Shown: positions 26,819-38,559, counted from the first letter of the whole stretch. The stretch: 54,484 nt of DNA, filler included, from Bipalium vagum (GCA_037834085.1; 3 parts of 3 records of this genome joined end to end with filler, not necessarily neighbours in it), one strand, 5' to 3'. Program-made: numbers and translations. Notes: a model not told the origin generated them from the letters alone.

Positions 26819-28504
26819 ATGACCAAACCGGAGAAGATATACGTTCGAAACGGAATAATTGCGTTTCACGGACGAGGAAGACAAATTCTCAAATACCCGA
26901 ACCATTTGCTGATAAATTCGAATAAAATGAAAAATAATAATAGTAGAGACGATTCGTTGATTATAAAATTTTGCTCAAATACATCTATCCGAGGACTCAG
27001 TAGAATAAGTTCAAATCAAAACCTTTCCCTGAAATCGATTTGGATCATTTTTCTATTATCCATGTCGGCCTTGTTGACCGTTGGCAGTTTAAGTTTGACA
27101 TTCGAATTTTTGGAATATAATACGCTGACCAACACTCGCGAAAACCATGAAATGATAGCCACATTCCCAGATATTACTCTTTGCAATCACTATCCTTTCC
27201 ATCTGTCAGCATACAATCTGTGGAAAACCTCCCAAGTGTTGTCGCCGTTTGAGTTTAATACAAAAATCCGAAAAATGATGAAAGATAATTATCTGCAAAA
27301 TTTCTCGACATCGCGACTGCTGTTTACCAGCGACACAATCACGTCGTATTTTGAGACCATTGGACCCAAGAAAGCTCTGATGATTGGCCATGATTCCGAT
27401 CAAATATTATATTGTCTACTGTTGTTGAAGAATTCCAAAATCAAAGTCGGACATCACAATGAGTGCGGAATCAAAATCACGACGGTACCCAACAGTCAAT
27501 TTCTGACGTGTCAACATTTGAGAATCGAAAACAATTATTCCACCAATGCCGTTGCTCTTGGTCTCATAATACACATGGATGACGTTTCCATCAACAACAA
27601 CACGCTAGAATTGGGCCTGGTTCAGGACGTTTTCCGACAAGCACACGGTCTGAGAATCATTCTCCACGAACCGCACACGGTGGCCGACGTCGGTGTCGAT
27701 GGATTCAATATTGAACCCGGAAAATTGACGGAAGTTAAATTCAGCGCAGTTAAATGGAAAAAAATCGATACACCGAAAGAACCGTGTTGGTCAGAGAGCA
27801 TGATCAGCCAGAAAGAAAACCAGTCCGGTTACCATTTCAGATACACTTATGACATTTGCAAAAATGAAGAAATAGGCAAAATGATACATAATAAATGTCA
27901 ATGTTACTCCTCCAAATATCCCATGGTCATCAACACGGATGAAGACAATATTACGTTCTGTTCAAAAATCGATCCGGAAAATTCAGAGAGTGTCATCAAA
28001 CGATTGAACTGTTTGGATCAAGTAGAATCGCAAGAACCGATCAAAGTCGTCATGTCGGAGAACAATTGTATCCGACGGTGCAACTATATGACCTATGAAT
28101 GTCATCTAACAACAGCTCATTGGGTATTGTCCAACTGGAAACTATATTGGCTAATGACGATGAATGACGCTTTGACAGCGCTGGAACAGACCAATCGAAA
28201 GTCGGTAGAGGACAATGTCACTATGATTTTTGACAAATATGTCAATGAATGGAAACGCAATTTATCGGAAGACGTGAAAAACTCGATTGAAACAAAAAAT
28301 GATCTGTTTCTCATTATCAATCGTCAATCGTTTATGACACTTGAAAAGATCGAAGTCTACAGTTTGACGCGCAGTGCGCTGTTGAGTCGTCTCGGTGGGC
28401 TATCATCTATAACTTTGGGAATCACGTTTACAACGATATTTGAACTAGCCGAATGTTTGATAACATTTATACAGGGACGGAAAATGAAAAAATTCAACAA
28501 ATAA
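26819..28504 (+). CDS. DEG/ENaC (amiloride-sensitive sodium channel/pickpocket family) subunit, intronless CDS
   Basis: 561 aa ORF with pre-TM1 FCSNTSIRGL, TM1, FPDITLCN, GLRIILHEP, Cys-rich thumb and TM2 LLSRLGGLSSITLGITFTTIFELAE. The true start may be the downstream MKNNN. Confidence 0.93.
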   Translation: MTKPEKIYVRNGIIAFHGRGRQILKYPNHLLINSNKMKNNNSRDDSLIIKFCSNTSIRGLSRISSNQNLSLKSIWIIFLLSMSALLTVGSLSLTFEFLEYNTLTNTRENHEMIATFPDITLCNHYPFHLSAYNLWKTSQVLSPFEFNTKIRKMMKDNYLQNFSTSRLLFTSDTITSYFETIGPKKALMIGHDSDQILYCLLLLKNSKIKVGHHNECGIKITTVPNSQFLTCQHLRIENNYSTNAVALGLIIHMDDVSINNNTLELGLVQDVFRQAHGLRIILHEPHTVADVGVDGFNIEPGKLTEVKFSAVKWKKIDTPKEPCWSESMISQKENQSGYHFRYTYDICKNEEIGKMIHNKCQCYSSKYPMVINTDEDNITFCSKIDPENSESVIKRLNCLDQVESQEPIKVVMSENNCIRRCNYMTYECHLTTAHWVLSNWKLYWLMTMNDALTALEQTNRKSVEDNVTMIFDKYVNEWKRNLSEDVKNSIETKNDLFLIINRQSFMTLEKIEVYSLTRSALLSRLGGLSSITLGITFTTIFELAECLITFIQGRKMKKFNK

Positions 28505-28622
28505 GACACAAGAAAAAATATTTTTCATCAATACAAACATCAATAGTGATACAAATTTAAATCGATTGATTGTTGATTTAAATATAGTGTTTTTAATTTC
28601 AATAAATATCTCTTACAAATTT

Positions 28623-29404
28623 TCATTTCCGTCTTAAGTAAGTCGGATTCATTTCGTCGTAGTAATTGTTGGGCACCTGATATCTGTTAGGTGGAGGAGC
28701 CGGTTGTGAAACCATGAACTTTAACCTTTGATAGCTTATCATCATTTTTAATACAAAAATACCAACAACAGCCTAAAAATGTTACAAAATTTTTACTTTT
28801 AGTCTTTTTGTTACCTGGAAAACAATAAATACGGCCTCAATTATGTGCAATGCTCTTTCAAAAGGCGATATGATCATTTTTTCACTAAAGAGAAAAAAGA
28901 AGATTGCTGGGAGTTGAACCATAATGGTTAATAGCCAAAAACCTGCAAATTCCGGAATCTGGACAATTAATGTTATCAGAATAAGTAGATTTAGTTTAAC
29001 CTTTTCTGCCAAATTACCAGCATAACCAACATACAATCTTGATACTTCTAATATGGAAAATAATATAAACAGAGCAACGTTAATGACTGGATATATTTCT
29101 TTCATTTTTGTAAACTGATGATGATTAAAATGCAGTATATATTTACATAGTCAATACTTCTTGTTCTAATGTTAGGCACATTCCAATAAACCACAGAGGA
29201 AAATAAAATGCATTAAAATAAAGTGATATCTGTAAAGGTAAATTTGAATGATATTCAAAACCTGAAATAGAGACAATTAAATAATTTTTTAGACTTGACT
29301 AAACCAGTTTTATTTTTCTGTAATCTTTGTTTTTCCAGATCAGCGTCTGATACAGGAAAAATGTGATCAAATATTGAATTCATATATGAAGGTTTTTCAT
29401 TCAT
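28623..29404 (-). CDS. TMEM17: Transmembrane protein 17 (ciliary transition zone; 203 aa, 5 exons)
   Basis: Exons 29404-29305, 29261-29158, 29114-29001, 28958-28815, 28772-28623 with GT-AG introns of 43, 43, 42 and 42 nt. Motifs SNLPLQISLYFN, EVSRLYVGYAGNLAEKIPEFAGFWLL and FERA. Confidence 0.93.
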
Positions 29405-30169
29405 TATGGTAACTATGTGAAATAAGAAAGTTGCTATTCGAAATATTATTTTAGTTAATTTAAACAAATGATTAATTGATTCGTTAAAACTTAAATTTAA
29501 TAGTTTATAAAAATGATGCACAATTAATATTACTATATTTTTATTTTAAACATATATCTTTTTAATATTCAACAAATAAATTTTTTATTAAAAGATTAAA
29601 TGGAATTATAAATGGAATAAATCACATTTGATATTAACTATTGGATAAGATTTGATTTAGATGGTTCTTCTGGTAACTAGTCTAGTTTGAGATTAATGGG
29701 CCTAGGAGCCAAACTTCAGTTTTATTAGTAGATTTTTTTATATTTTTACTTATTTATATTTCTTTTGTGTACTCGTTTTTAACTTAATATTAATATCATT
29801 ATACCCCTTGTTTATTGACTAAAGTTAATCTGTATAACTTCTCTGGAAAGTTCGCAGGTTTCGATCTGAGTTTTGAATCAAGGAATTTTAATTTTTTAAT
29901 TTGATCCATAATTATTTATTGTCCTTATTTATAAATTATTTAATATTCCTTCTAATAAATTATTATTTATGAAGGGAATATGTTTACTTAATTGACGATT
30001 AATATTATTTAATAGAAATAAAACAAGAAGTTTTAATAAATTAACAAGAACTTGTGATATTTTTTGATATTAGTTAATGGTTTTTAAATAAATAAAACTT
30101 GCTGGTAATTGTTTAATATTATAAAAATTATTTAATAAAAATTATTTCGAGTTTATTTCTTCAGGACAC

Positions 30170-30725
30170 AGTAGATCTATATGGATCTTTGTCAGATGAG
30201 CTCTTCACTTGTGAAAAAAAAGCCTTCTTCGCGCAGTTTTGTCGACATCGGGGAATATTAAAGTTCTAAATAGATCTCAGGATTCCTGTAACATGGTACT
30301 GCCAAATCTTTGCCGAGTATTCAGCATCTGCTGCACATTCCTTGATGAGTGGACCAATTTTTGACCTCCGGACACCGATTTTCTTCAATACATCAACTGT
30401 TTTGGCGGTACTGTTCCTAGGGACTCAATTGTGCATGTATGCAGTACAACTTTATAATCAGGCTTCAACACTTGAAGTCGATTACGAAGATCTGCGTAAT
30501 TAGCTAAATTATCTTCATCTGAATTCTTGAAATTTTTCAGGATATCTTTAGGACATTTGATATCAATGAGAAAAATCATTTTATTCTCAATATGTGATCA
30601 AAAGATCAACACGTTCATTGCAATCTTTCAAGAGCTCACATTTCTTGTCCATGACTACAATAATGTCAAGACAACAACGTGCATCAGCAATTTTTTTTAA
30701 ACAAGCATTGTGACGCTCTGTATTG
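30170..30725 (-). mobile_element. Non-LTR retrotransposon 3' fragment with restriction-like endonuclease (R2/NeSL-type)
   Basis: RHNA..., RVDLLI...IFLIDIKCP...NYADL...IESLG pattern of REL domains. Disrupted. Confidence 0.65.
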
Positions 30726-31029
30726 TTTTAATATTGATGTGATTTTTAGTCAAGAGTCTATATGTAATTTCCTAATGTAATCTTGACTTAATTTTGTTTA
30801 ATGTAACTAAATAATCTTGGCAATCATTTGTTTCAGATCATTGAAAGCAATGTAAATATTATTTTTCAATTTATAGTATTAAATTAGCACAATAAAAACC
30901 ATAATAATAATTAATAAAATAAGTATAGTATTAAATTATTTAAGAAATGATATGTGGTTAGACTATTATTATTAAATTTATTAAATATATTTTAGGCCAA
31001 AAAAATAGTAACACATATTAACCATTTTA

Positions 31030-31450
31030 ATACCGATATACATGATTTCTTCATGAATTCCTTCATTTTCTTACTTTTGTGCACCGAAGCATTATCCTCC
31101 TGGAACCATCAATTTTTTCCATAATTTTATTTTATTATGGCACAGCACTTTCTGACAAAAGCTTAATGTATCCATCTGAATTCATGGTTCTTTTCACGAC
31201 TTTGAAAGACAGCAGACAGGCATTGTCGTCATCCATACAATAACGCTTCTACCTTTGCACTGCCTCTTAATGCGATAAGTTGGAGATGATTTGTGTACAT
31301 AGGATTTCCAATCATCTGAACCATTCAAAGGAAATCGCTGCTCGTCAGAAAAAATTGTGAAATCCCAATCATGATTAAACGAAATACATGATCTTATGCA
31401 TTGCAAACGTACTTTCTTTTGATTTATGAATTTGGGATGACATCTTTTTG
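31030..31450 (-). mobile_element. Tc3-like transposase remnant
   Basis: WDFTIFSDEQRFPLNGSD...GRSVIVW and WFQEDNASVH motifs. Confidence 0.8.
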
Positions 31451-32189
31451 TATATGAAACAAATTTACAATTTTTTTTTCTTACAAATATATTGTGTATT
31501 ATTGAATTAGAATCTATTATACTTTTTAATTAAAAATTATTTAAACTTAAAAAATTATTTAATAAAATTTAAACTTCCTGTGTCAAAAAATTTGACTTTT
31601 AAATAAATTCAAAATTTACTAAATATGACTATATTATATAAACAAGTATATTTCATTTAAAAATTTTAAGATATTTTAAATAAACATTTTATATCCATAC
31701 AAAATAAATGATAAAATTATTTTGATTAAGCATCGTATATAAAAATATAAGGTGTGTAATATAAGGTTATTTATTAATTATAAAGCTCATATTAAATTAC
31801 ATTTTGTGTTTGTTATATTTAGACACAGAAACTTTGCAGAGAATAGTTCAGAAGCTTAATGATAAACAGGACTTTAGAAGAAAAAGTTTTGTCTATAAAC
31901 CATTTTATCCTGCCGGAAAGTTAAGTCGAATATCAAATTATCCAGGTCCGTTGTGAAAGTTAAAATTATTCTTTTAGCCGAATGTTTTCTGACAGCATAA
32001 ATGTTAATTTTGTTTTTTTGTTTATTAATTTAAACAAAACGTTATTTTTGATTATTTAATATTTGCACTGAAGTCTGATTTACTGATAACAAATAACCAT
32101 TCTACTGAAACCATGAAAATCAATTCATATAATTTATTATTTTATTAAGATTTATAATATAATTATTTAATATAAAATAATATCTTTTA

Positions 32190-32202
32190 ATTTATTATTA
32201 AT

Positions 32203-32254
<52 letters not shown>

Positions 32255-32255
32255 T
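32190..32255. repeat. (AAT)n-(ATT)n inverted microsatellite
   Basis: An aat run directly followed by an att run, which is self-complementary. Confidence 0.85.
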
Positions 32256-32904
32256 GTCATTCATATTGAAACCGTTTTTTAGGTTTAAAGTTAATTAACA
32301 TCTTTCTTTTGATCTTCTTGTTTCTTTTATTTCTTATCTGTAATTGCTTTAAAATTTACAATAAAATGTTACATTAATAAAATAAAAGTTAATTTTAAAA
32401 TGAAAAGCAAACAAGAAATAAAACATCCATATAAATTCTCACCGATTCCGTAGACGATAGGTCCAAAGAGTCGTTTGCTAAGAAAAGCTCTAGCAGCACA
32501 CTCGTTAGCTCCTGTCGCATAATTGAAGGTATAATCATAATATTCATCGATAACATTTTCTTGTAAAAGTTTTCTTCCAACGCAATAATTTAAAATTCTG
32601 CAGGAATTTAGTGGAAATCCTCTGCGGATTCAAATTCCTTTTATACTATCCTGGCCAATAATCAAATCAGTCGTAGACCAGGAATTTTAATGGGGAATGT
32701 TAATTCCATTTTAGATTATTAATTCCAAATTCAAGGTCCGTCCTTGCGGATCCTGATCTAATTATGGAAATTTGGCTTCACCGTTGTCAAGATCAGATCC
32801 TTTTTGGAAAATAAAGAATTACTATTTTATTATTAATATTATTATAATTAACGTTTTGTCTTTTTAATTATTATTATTATTATTACATTTCTGACTCTTT
32901 AGCG

Positions 32905-34075
32905 GTAACTGGGTCGTAATTTTACTGGACCTGGAACAAATATTGATAAACGTTTATGTTAGCAGCTTTGAACTATGAAAAAGTTATTGAAAATCTAAAT
33001 ATCCGTCCAATTCTTAAACATGATTCAATTCCAATAAATTGAATAGATCAAAGAGCAATGAAATATGATGTAAAATATATATCAACAGATTTAAAAGATC
33101 GTCATGTTGCATATGTCGACATAATTCATGAAATGAATAATATTCAAAATCCAACTACAAGAGAAAAACTTGAAAGAGCAAGAATAAAATTGATTATGAA
33201 GAGCTAGGTTGCTTAGGACTTCCAAGAGCAGCAAAATCAATTGCAACAACAAATATTTATGAAAATTCAAAAATTCCTATTTCCGAAAAACGAGAAATTT
33301 TAGCAAATGAACTTCATAAAGAATTCAGGAAAAAACTTTTGTTCCAAGAGAAAAAGATTATAAAATAATTCTTACAATTATTGATTTATATACTCATTTT
33401 GCTGTTGTTGTTCCTTAAAAAAAATAAAACAGGTCAATCAATTACAGATGCTTTTGAAAAAATATTTAGTACTTGTCTTAGAAAAAAAGAAAAAATTTGG
33501 GTTGATATAGGTACAGAATTTTATAATAAAACTTTTGAAGAACTTTTTGATGAAAACGAAATAAATATTTATTCAACGGAGAATGAGGGAAAAGCAGTTG
33601 TTATAGAAAGATAGAATAAAAATGTTAATGTTCCAAAAACTTGCAAAACAATTAAATAGAAAATGGTTACATCTTTTACCAAATTAAATTATTTTTACAA
33701 TAATAAAATTCATAGCTCAATTGGAATGACTCCTAATGAAGCATATAAAAATCCCGAAAATTTAAACACAAAAGAATAAAAAAGAAGTCAATATTTTACC
33801 TTCTGAAATTTTAAAATCGAAAAAAAAATTTAATATTGGAGATCGTGTGGGAATTTTTAAATATAAAAATAAATTTTAAAAAGGATACACAGTAAAATGG
33901 ACAAATGAAATTGTTATTATTAATGAAATTTATTTTACAAATCCAATTGTCAAAGGAATAACTGATTTAAAGGTAAAAAAATATTAGAAAGATTTTATGA
34001 AAATGAGCTTCAACGAAGTAGTTTTCAAAGGATCATTTTTCAATGTTAAACTTTAACTATACCTTTTTAATTTCA
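32905..34075 (+). mobile_element. Decayed Polinton/adintovirus-like element, copy 2 (PLA2-like + integrase)
   Basis: RNFTGPGTNIDKR (GPGT 32927-32938), IDQRAMKYDVKY...RHVA, then LANELHK (33300-33320), KIWVDIGTEFYN, ENEGKAVVIER, HSSIGMTP, FNIGDRV...KGYT..W, FYENELQ. Collinear with copy 1. Confidence 0.88.
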
Positions 34076-34237
34076 AAATGGAACAATAAACTTCAAAATG
34101 AGAATAATATTGAGAATTGAACGGCACATTTATTATTGATAACAAAAATTATTGATAACATTATTTATTTGAAATGATTGCTTTATATTTGTTTGTATAT
34201 TGGTATTTTTGTTTACAAATTTTGAAAATTTTCAAAA

Positions 34238-34578
34238 ATGAAAAAAGCGGAAAAGGAAATTTAAAAAATGCAATTGATTGTCGTTGTTAATAACAAAGGA
34301 GACTGGAGAGAACTCGCAGGCCAGCTTAATGCTCCACAGTCAACGGCATATAGGTGGGTATCAGAGAGAGTATCCTTAGACAAACGAGGAGGGAAGAGAT
34401 TTAAAAAATCTCGCAAAATCACGAAGATTAAGCATTGTGAACCCGTTGTTTTGGTCATTGACAATGCACCTTGCCACAATGGAATTGAAGAGATTTTACA
34501 AGAAGAGGAATTTCGTGAAAACAAAATACTTAGACTGGCACCATATAGTCCGATGTTCAATCCCATCGAAAATGTTTG
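34238..34578 (+). mobile_element. IS630/Tc1-like transposase, internally deleted, truncated by gap
   Basis: HTH (DWRELAGQLNAPQSTAYRW) joined directly to VLVIDNAPCH...LAPYSPMFNPIENV, with 35 residues between D and E. Confidence 0.85.
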
Positions 34579-34678
34579 NNNNNNNNNNNNNNNNNNNNNN
34601 NNNNNNNNNNNNNNNNNNNNNNTTAATTAATTAANNNNNNNNNNNNNNNNNNNNNNNNNNNNNNNNNNNNNNNNNNNN
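34579..34678. other. Assembly gap with artificial TTAATTAATTAA linker
   Basis: Same 100 nt structure as 16881-16980. Confidence 0.95.
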
Positions 34679-36850
34679 AAAAAATAATAATTTACAAATT
34701 TTTCAAAAAAAATATAAAATTGAATTTTTTTAAATTTTAAAATTAAAAAAGTTAGTGGTTTTTTTATAGATACAGTAAAACTGTTTACAGATTCAAAATC
34801 AGCGCAAAAAACATCATTAGAAAACTATAGGCTTTTTTGATTTTGAAAAAATGTCAACACCTTACTCTACATATTTAAAATATATCATTATGTAGTGTCA
34901 AATTTAAGTTTCCGAAGTTTAGCAATTTGTGATTAATTGATTTTTTTCAGTGTCAAATTTTTAAATTACAAAATATTTATTTAGGTAAAGCAGTTCCAGT
35001 CCTGAAAACACGTTAATCAATGAAGGAGTATATTTGAAAGACTCTTCTTCATTAAAATTCCCAAATGTCGACGGACTTCATGTGATGTGTTATTACACAA
35101 TCCATACTTGTCATAGCATGTCCTAGCTAGGTTCCCTAAGGTCGAAAAGTGATATAGCAGTGGAATTTTTTTACATATGGTATTTTCGGAATAATTATGG
35201 ACTGATGTGTTAAGGGACTTGTGAATTTTCCATTCTAGACTCAGATAAGTCTTGGTTTTCCTTTCGTGTTGTATTCTGCGCTGTCCAAGATTGATGAAAA
35301 GAGAAATAAACTAAGTGAAGATAAAAAAAAGTGCAAAGTGTTTTTTTTAATGGACACATTTTTTTAGAGGTACTTTGGATTTCTCAAAAAAGCGTTTTTT
35401 ATAATAGAATTTATGCATTTTTTCGTGTAGCAGCACCATAAAACACAATCAGTGATGTTACTATTGTACCTTGACAGAGTAACTTGCGCTCGTGTACCCA
35501 TAAATCCTCACGTTTACAATGTTGTATTTCTTATTAGATTACACTCAACTCGAATCAAAATTCTCTCAATAAAACCTTATCTACTAAATCAAAACACCCA
35601 CGATAAGACTCTATCCGCACCCTGAGAACTGAATCAAAACTCTCACAATAAAACTTTATTGGAAAAACACAATCACAGATAGATATAACAACAAAAATTC
35701 ACCCTGTAAATCACCCCAATAAATAATAATAATAATATCCGATAATCAAAATGTCAAATGATAGTCACGCCAAAATAATGATAAAAATGCAATTACTAAT
35801 TATGAAGAGAGAGATGAAAGAGGTGATCACTACAGATGAGGTTCCGAATGTAACAAAAAGATAAATACGAAAAGATTTTGTACGAAAGAGTTTTATACGT
35901 CGACCAGAAATTCAGTTGTTTTTTTATTTTTGAATGAGTTATTGTCGTCAGAAGAAGTGTACCACTTATTTATTCGATTCTACAAGCGAGAAGATTATAA
36001 TTTTAACGAAGAAGATTTACAGAAGGCTCCAATAGTTTCAACACAAATTGATTTTCCAAGGACAATTTCAGACTCGGTACATTTTCTGTTTATTCGATAG
36101 GACAATGCAAAAGGATTTTATAAGGGGACCCAGCGAGTCTGGGAATTTCTAGGTGACCTAAAACAAACCTAGAATATTTCCAATTTTGTTTTTTTTCTTT
36201 ATTTTTATTATTAATATACATTTCATTTTAATATTTTTTTTGAATTTGAGTTGAATGATTTGTGTTCGTTTTTCTTTGATTTTCAGATAATTGAACAGTT
36301 TTAATTTTGAGACATTTGGACAGTTTTGATTATTGATTCTTAGACAGTTGAACGATTATGATTGTGATTTTGCGACGAGTGTAAAGATTGTTTTGCAGTA
36401 TGTAATAAAGTTTTCTTGTGGGGTTTTGATTCAAATCAAGTTTAGAAATTGTGCAGTTTGAACAGTAAAACAAAGACGACATTGAGTGCGGACAGTTATT
36501 GATTTGCGAGAGAAAGTAACTTTGTAAATGTAAAATATTAACAATTTTGAAAAATGATGTCGTCTTGTTTATGTAAAATTCTTTGTTGAATAAATGCTGA
36601 CTTTATGCAAAAAGACTATTCGGACAACCTAGTGAAACATCGAAAATGTATAATAACGTTCATTGTCTTAGAGTTATTTTCATTTTAAAATTTGTCACTT
36701 TCTTTTAGCGATGGGTTCAAAATTAATAGTATTATTCATATTAATATTAAACATTGTAGACTGAAATATTTTCGCAATCATTTGTATGGTTATTTAAGGC
36801 TAGTCGATGCCAGGAACTGTACATTATAAATTTGAAATATTTGGCTTTGA

Positions 36851-36982
36851 GTGTTAAAGGTCAACCTTTGACTACTAATGCAACGTTTTGAACCTCTGAC
36901 ATTCATAATTTTGTTGATGTGTTTTTTTAAATCAAATATAGTTTGGTCTTCATGGCACTGAACATATGTAATCCTTTGACCT
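36851..36982. promoter_or_regulatory. Putative nuclear-receptor direct-repeat elements upstream of CYP copy A
   Basis: AGGTCA at 36858-36863, tgaacctctgac at 36889-36900, and aatcct-t-tgacct ending at 36982 (DR1 on minus). Confidence 0.5.
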
Positions 36983-37041
36983 TCAAAGTTATTTATCGAG
37001 AAACCACATAAAAATAAAGTTTTAGAAAATTTCGTTTATTG

Positions 37042-38559
37042 ATGATTTGGATCACATTTTGCGTAATTATTCTAGCTGTTTTCTTTAGGAACATCATAGG
37101 AAGACGATCATCAATTCCTAAAGGTTATAAACAGCTCCCGTTAGAAAGAGGTATTCCAATCGTCGGTATCATCTTTCAAATAAAAAGATCAATGACGTTC
37201 TATCTGAGAGAGCTTGGCAAAAGGCACGGACCCCTGTTTGCTATCAGGTTGGGAATGAGGGATATTGTGGTGCTGAACACTTACGATGTTATCAAAAAAG
37301 CTTTTAAGGATAAATCAGACGTTTTCTCAGGCCGATTTGAGACTGAGTATAAGAAAGAAGTGACAAAGCATTCTGGATTTGTTTATCATGATGGAGAGGT
37401 GTGGAGTAGGCACAAAGCTTTTGCAAAGACTGTCTTTCGAGATTTTGGATTTGGTAAATCCAATTCGGAAGAAATTGTCCAAAATGAATGTATTTCTATG
37501 ATAGAGGACCTTACAAAATTGGACGGCAAGGTTTTGAATATTTGCGATTTCTTTTCCGTTTACATTGCGAACGTGATTTCTCATTTCATATTGGGAAAAA
37601 GAATGAAAAGGGAAAGTAAAGAACTGAATTGTTTTCGCCAAATCTTACAAAATAATATCAAATCTCACGAATGGTCAGATTATCTTAGCTTGATCTTTCC
37701 TTTTCTAAATACCAATTCCATATTCGTTAAGCTCTCCTACCATTTTTCTGTGTCAAGATCTCTACATGAAAAGAATTTTGAAATCTTTCGACGAGAGATT
37801 GATGAACATCAGAAAGTTCTAAGCCCAGGATCTGGAGAACAAGACTTTATAGACAAATACTTAATAAAAAGAAATGAAATGATCAGAGAATATGAAGAAG
37901 ATAAAGGTTTTACCGATGATAATCTAATCGTTATGATTTATGAATTCAGTGGCGCAGGATTTGATACTTTGACAACTTTTGTTGAATGGGGCTGTATGTT
38001 CATGTGCAAGCATCCAGATATCCAAAAAGAGGTCTACAATGAGATAGCTCAAAACATTGGATGTGAGAGACTGATAAACTTCAATGACAGAACCAGCCTA
38101 AACTATACTCAGGCCGTCATTGATGAAATATTACGAATGAGCTCCATTACGCCTTTTGCGGTACAGCATCGAACTTTAACTGATACATCTGTGGATGGAT
38201 TTTTTATCAAGAAAGATTCGGTTATTTTACCAAATATATTTAATTGTCATCACGACCCGGAGACTTGGGATAATCCAATGCAATTCAATCCAAACAGATT
38301 TTTAGCAAAAGAAGCTAATGGAAAAATGAAATACTCTCCTCGGAAGGAGCTGATTCCCTTCAGCATAGGCAAAAGAGAATGTCCTGGTATAAATTTATCT
38401 CGAATTGAGTGCTTTGTTTTCTTTGCAAACCTTATTCAAAAGTTTGAAATAAAGTCTCCAGAAGAAATAAGTGAAAAGAAGTATGAAGACGGATATGAAG
38501 ATGGATATATCATTCGACCCTGTCTTATGAAGGAGTTCATTTTTAAAAGACGATCTTGA
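37042..38559 (+). CDS. Cytochrome P450 (CYP2-clan-like), intronless; copy A
   Basis: N-terminal TM anchor, I-helix AGFDT, K-helix EILR, FNPNRF and heme motif PFSIGKRECPG. ATG at 37042 (the ORF track starts at TTG 37039). Confidence 0.95.
   Translation: MIWITFCVIILAVFFRNIIGRRSSIPKGYKQLPLERGIPIVGIIFQIKRSMTFYLRELGKRHGPLFAIRLGMRDIVVLNTYDVIKKAFKDKSDVFSGRFETEYKKEVTKHSGFVYHDGEVWSRHKAFAKTVFRDFGFGKSNSEEIVQNECISMIEDLTKLDGKVLNICDFFSVYIANVISHFILGKRMKRESKELNCFRQILQNNIKSHEWSDYLSLIFPFLNTNSIFVKLSYHFSVSRSLHEKNFEIFRREIDEHQKVLSPGSGEQDFIDKYLIKRNEMIREYEEDKGFTDDNLIVMIYEFSGAGFDTLTTFVEWGCMFMCKHPDIQKEVYNEIAQNIGCERLINFNDRTSLNYTQAVIDEILRMSSITPFAVQHRTLTDTSVDGFFIKKDSVILPNIFNCHHDPETWDNPMQFNPNRFLAKEANGKMKYSPRKELIPFSIGKRECPGINLSRIECFVFFANLIQKFEIKSPEEISEKKYEDGYEDGYIIRPCLMKEFIFKRRS

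Noticed and set aside
27206-28320. Short antisense ORFs within the ENaC gene
   Set aside because: Expected in GC-richer coding DNA, with no recognisable domain.
37327-37641. Antisense ORFs conserved between CYP copies (also 51740-52081, 42817-43023, 52201-52416, 38395-38580, 52715-52996, 46705-46917)
   Set aside because: Shadows of the paralogous sense CDS with no independent motifs.
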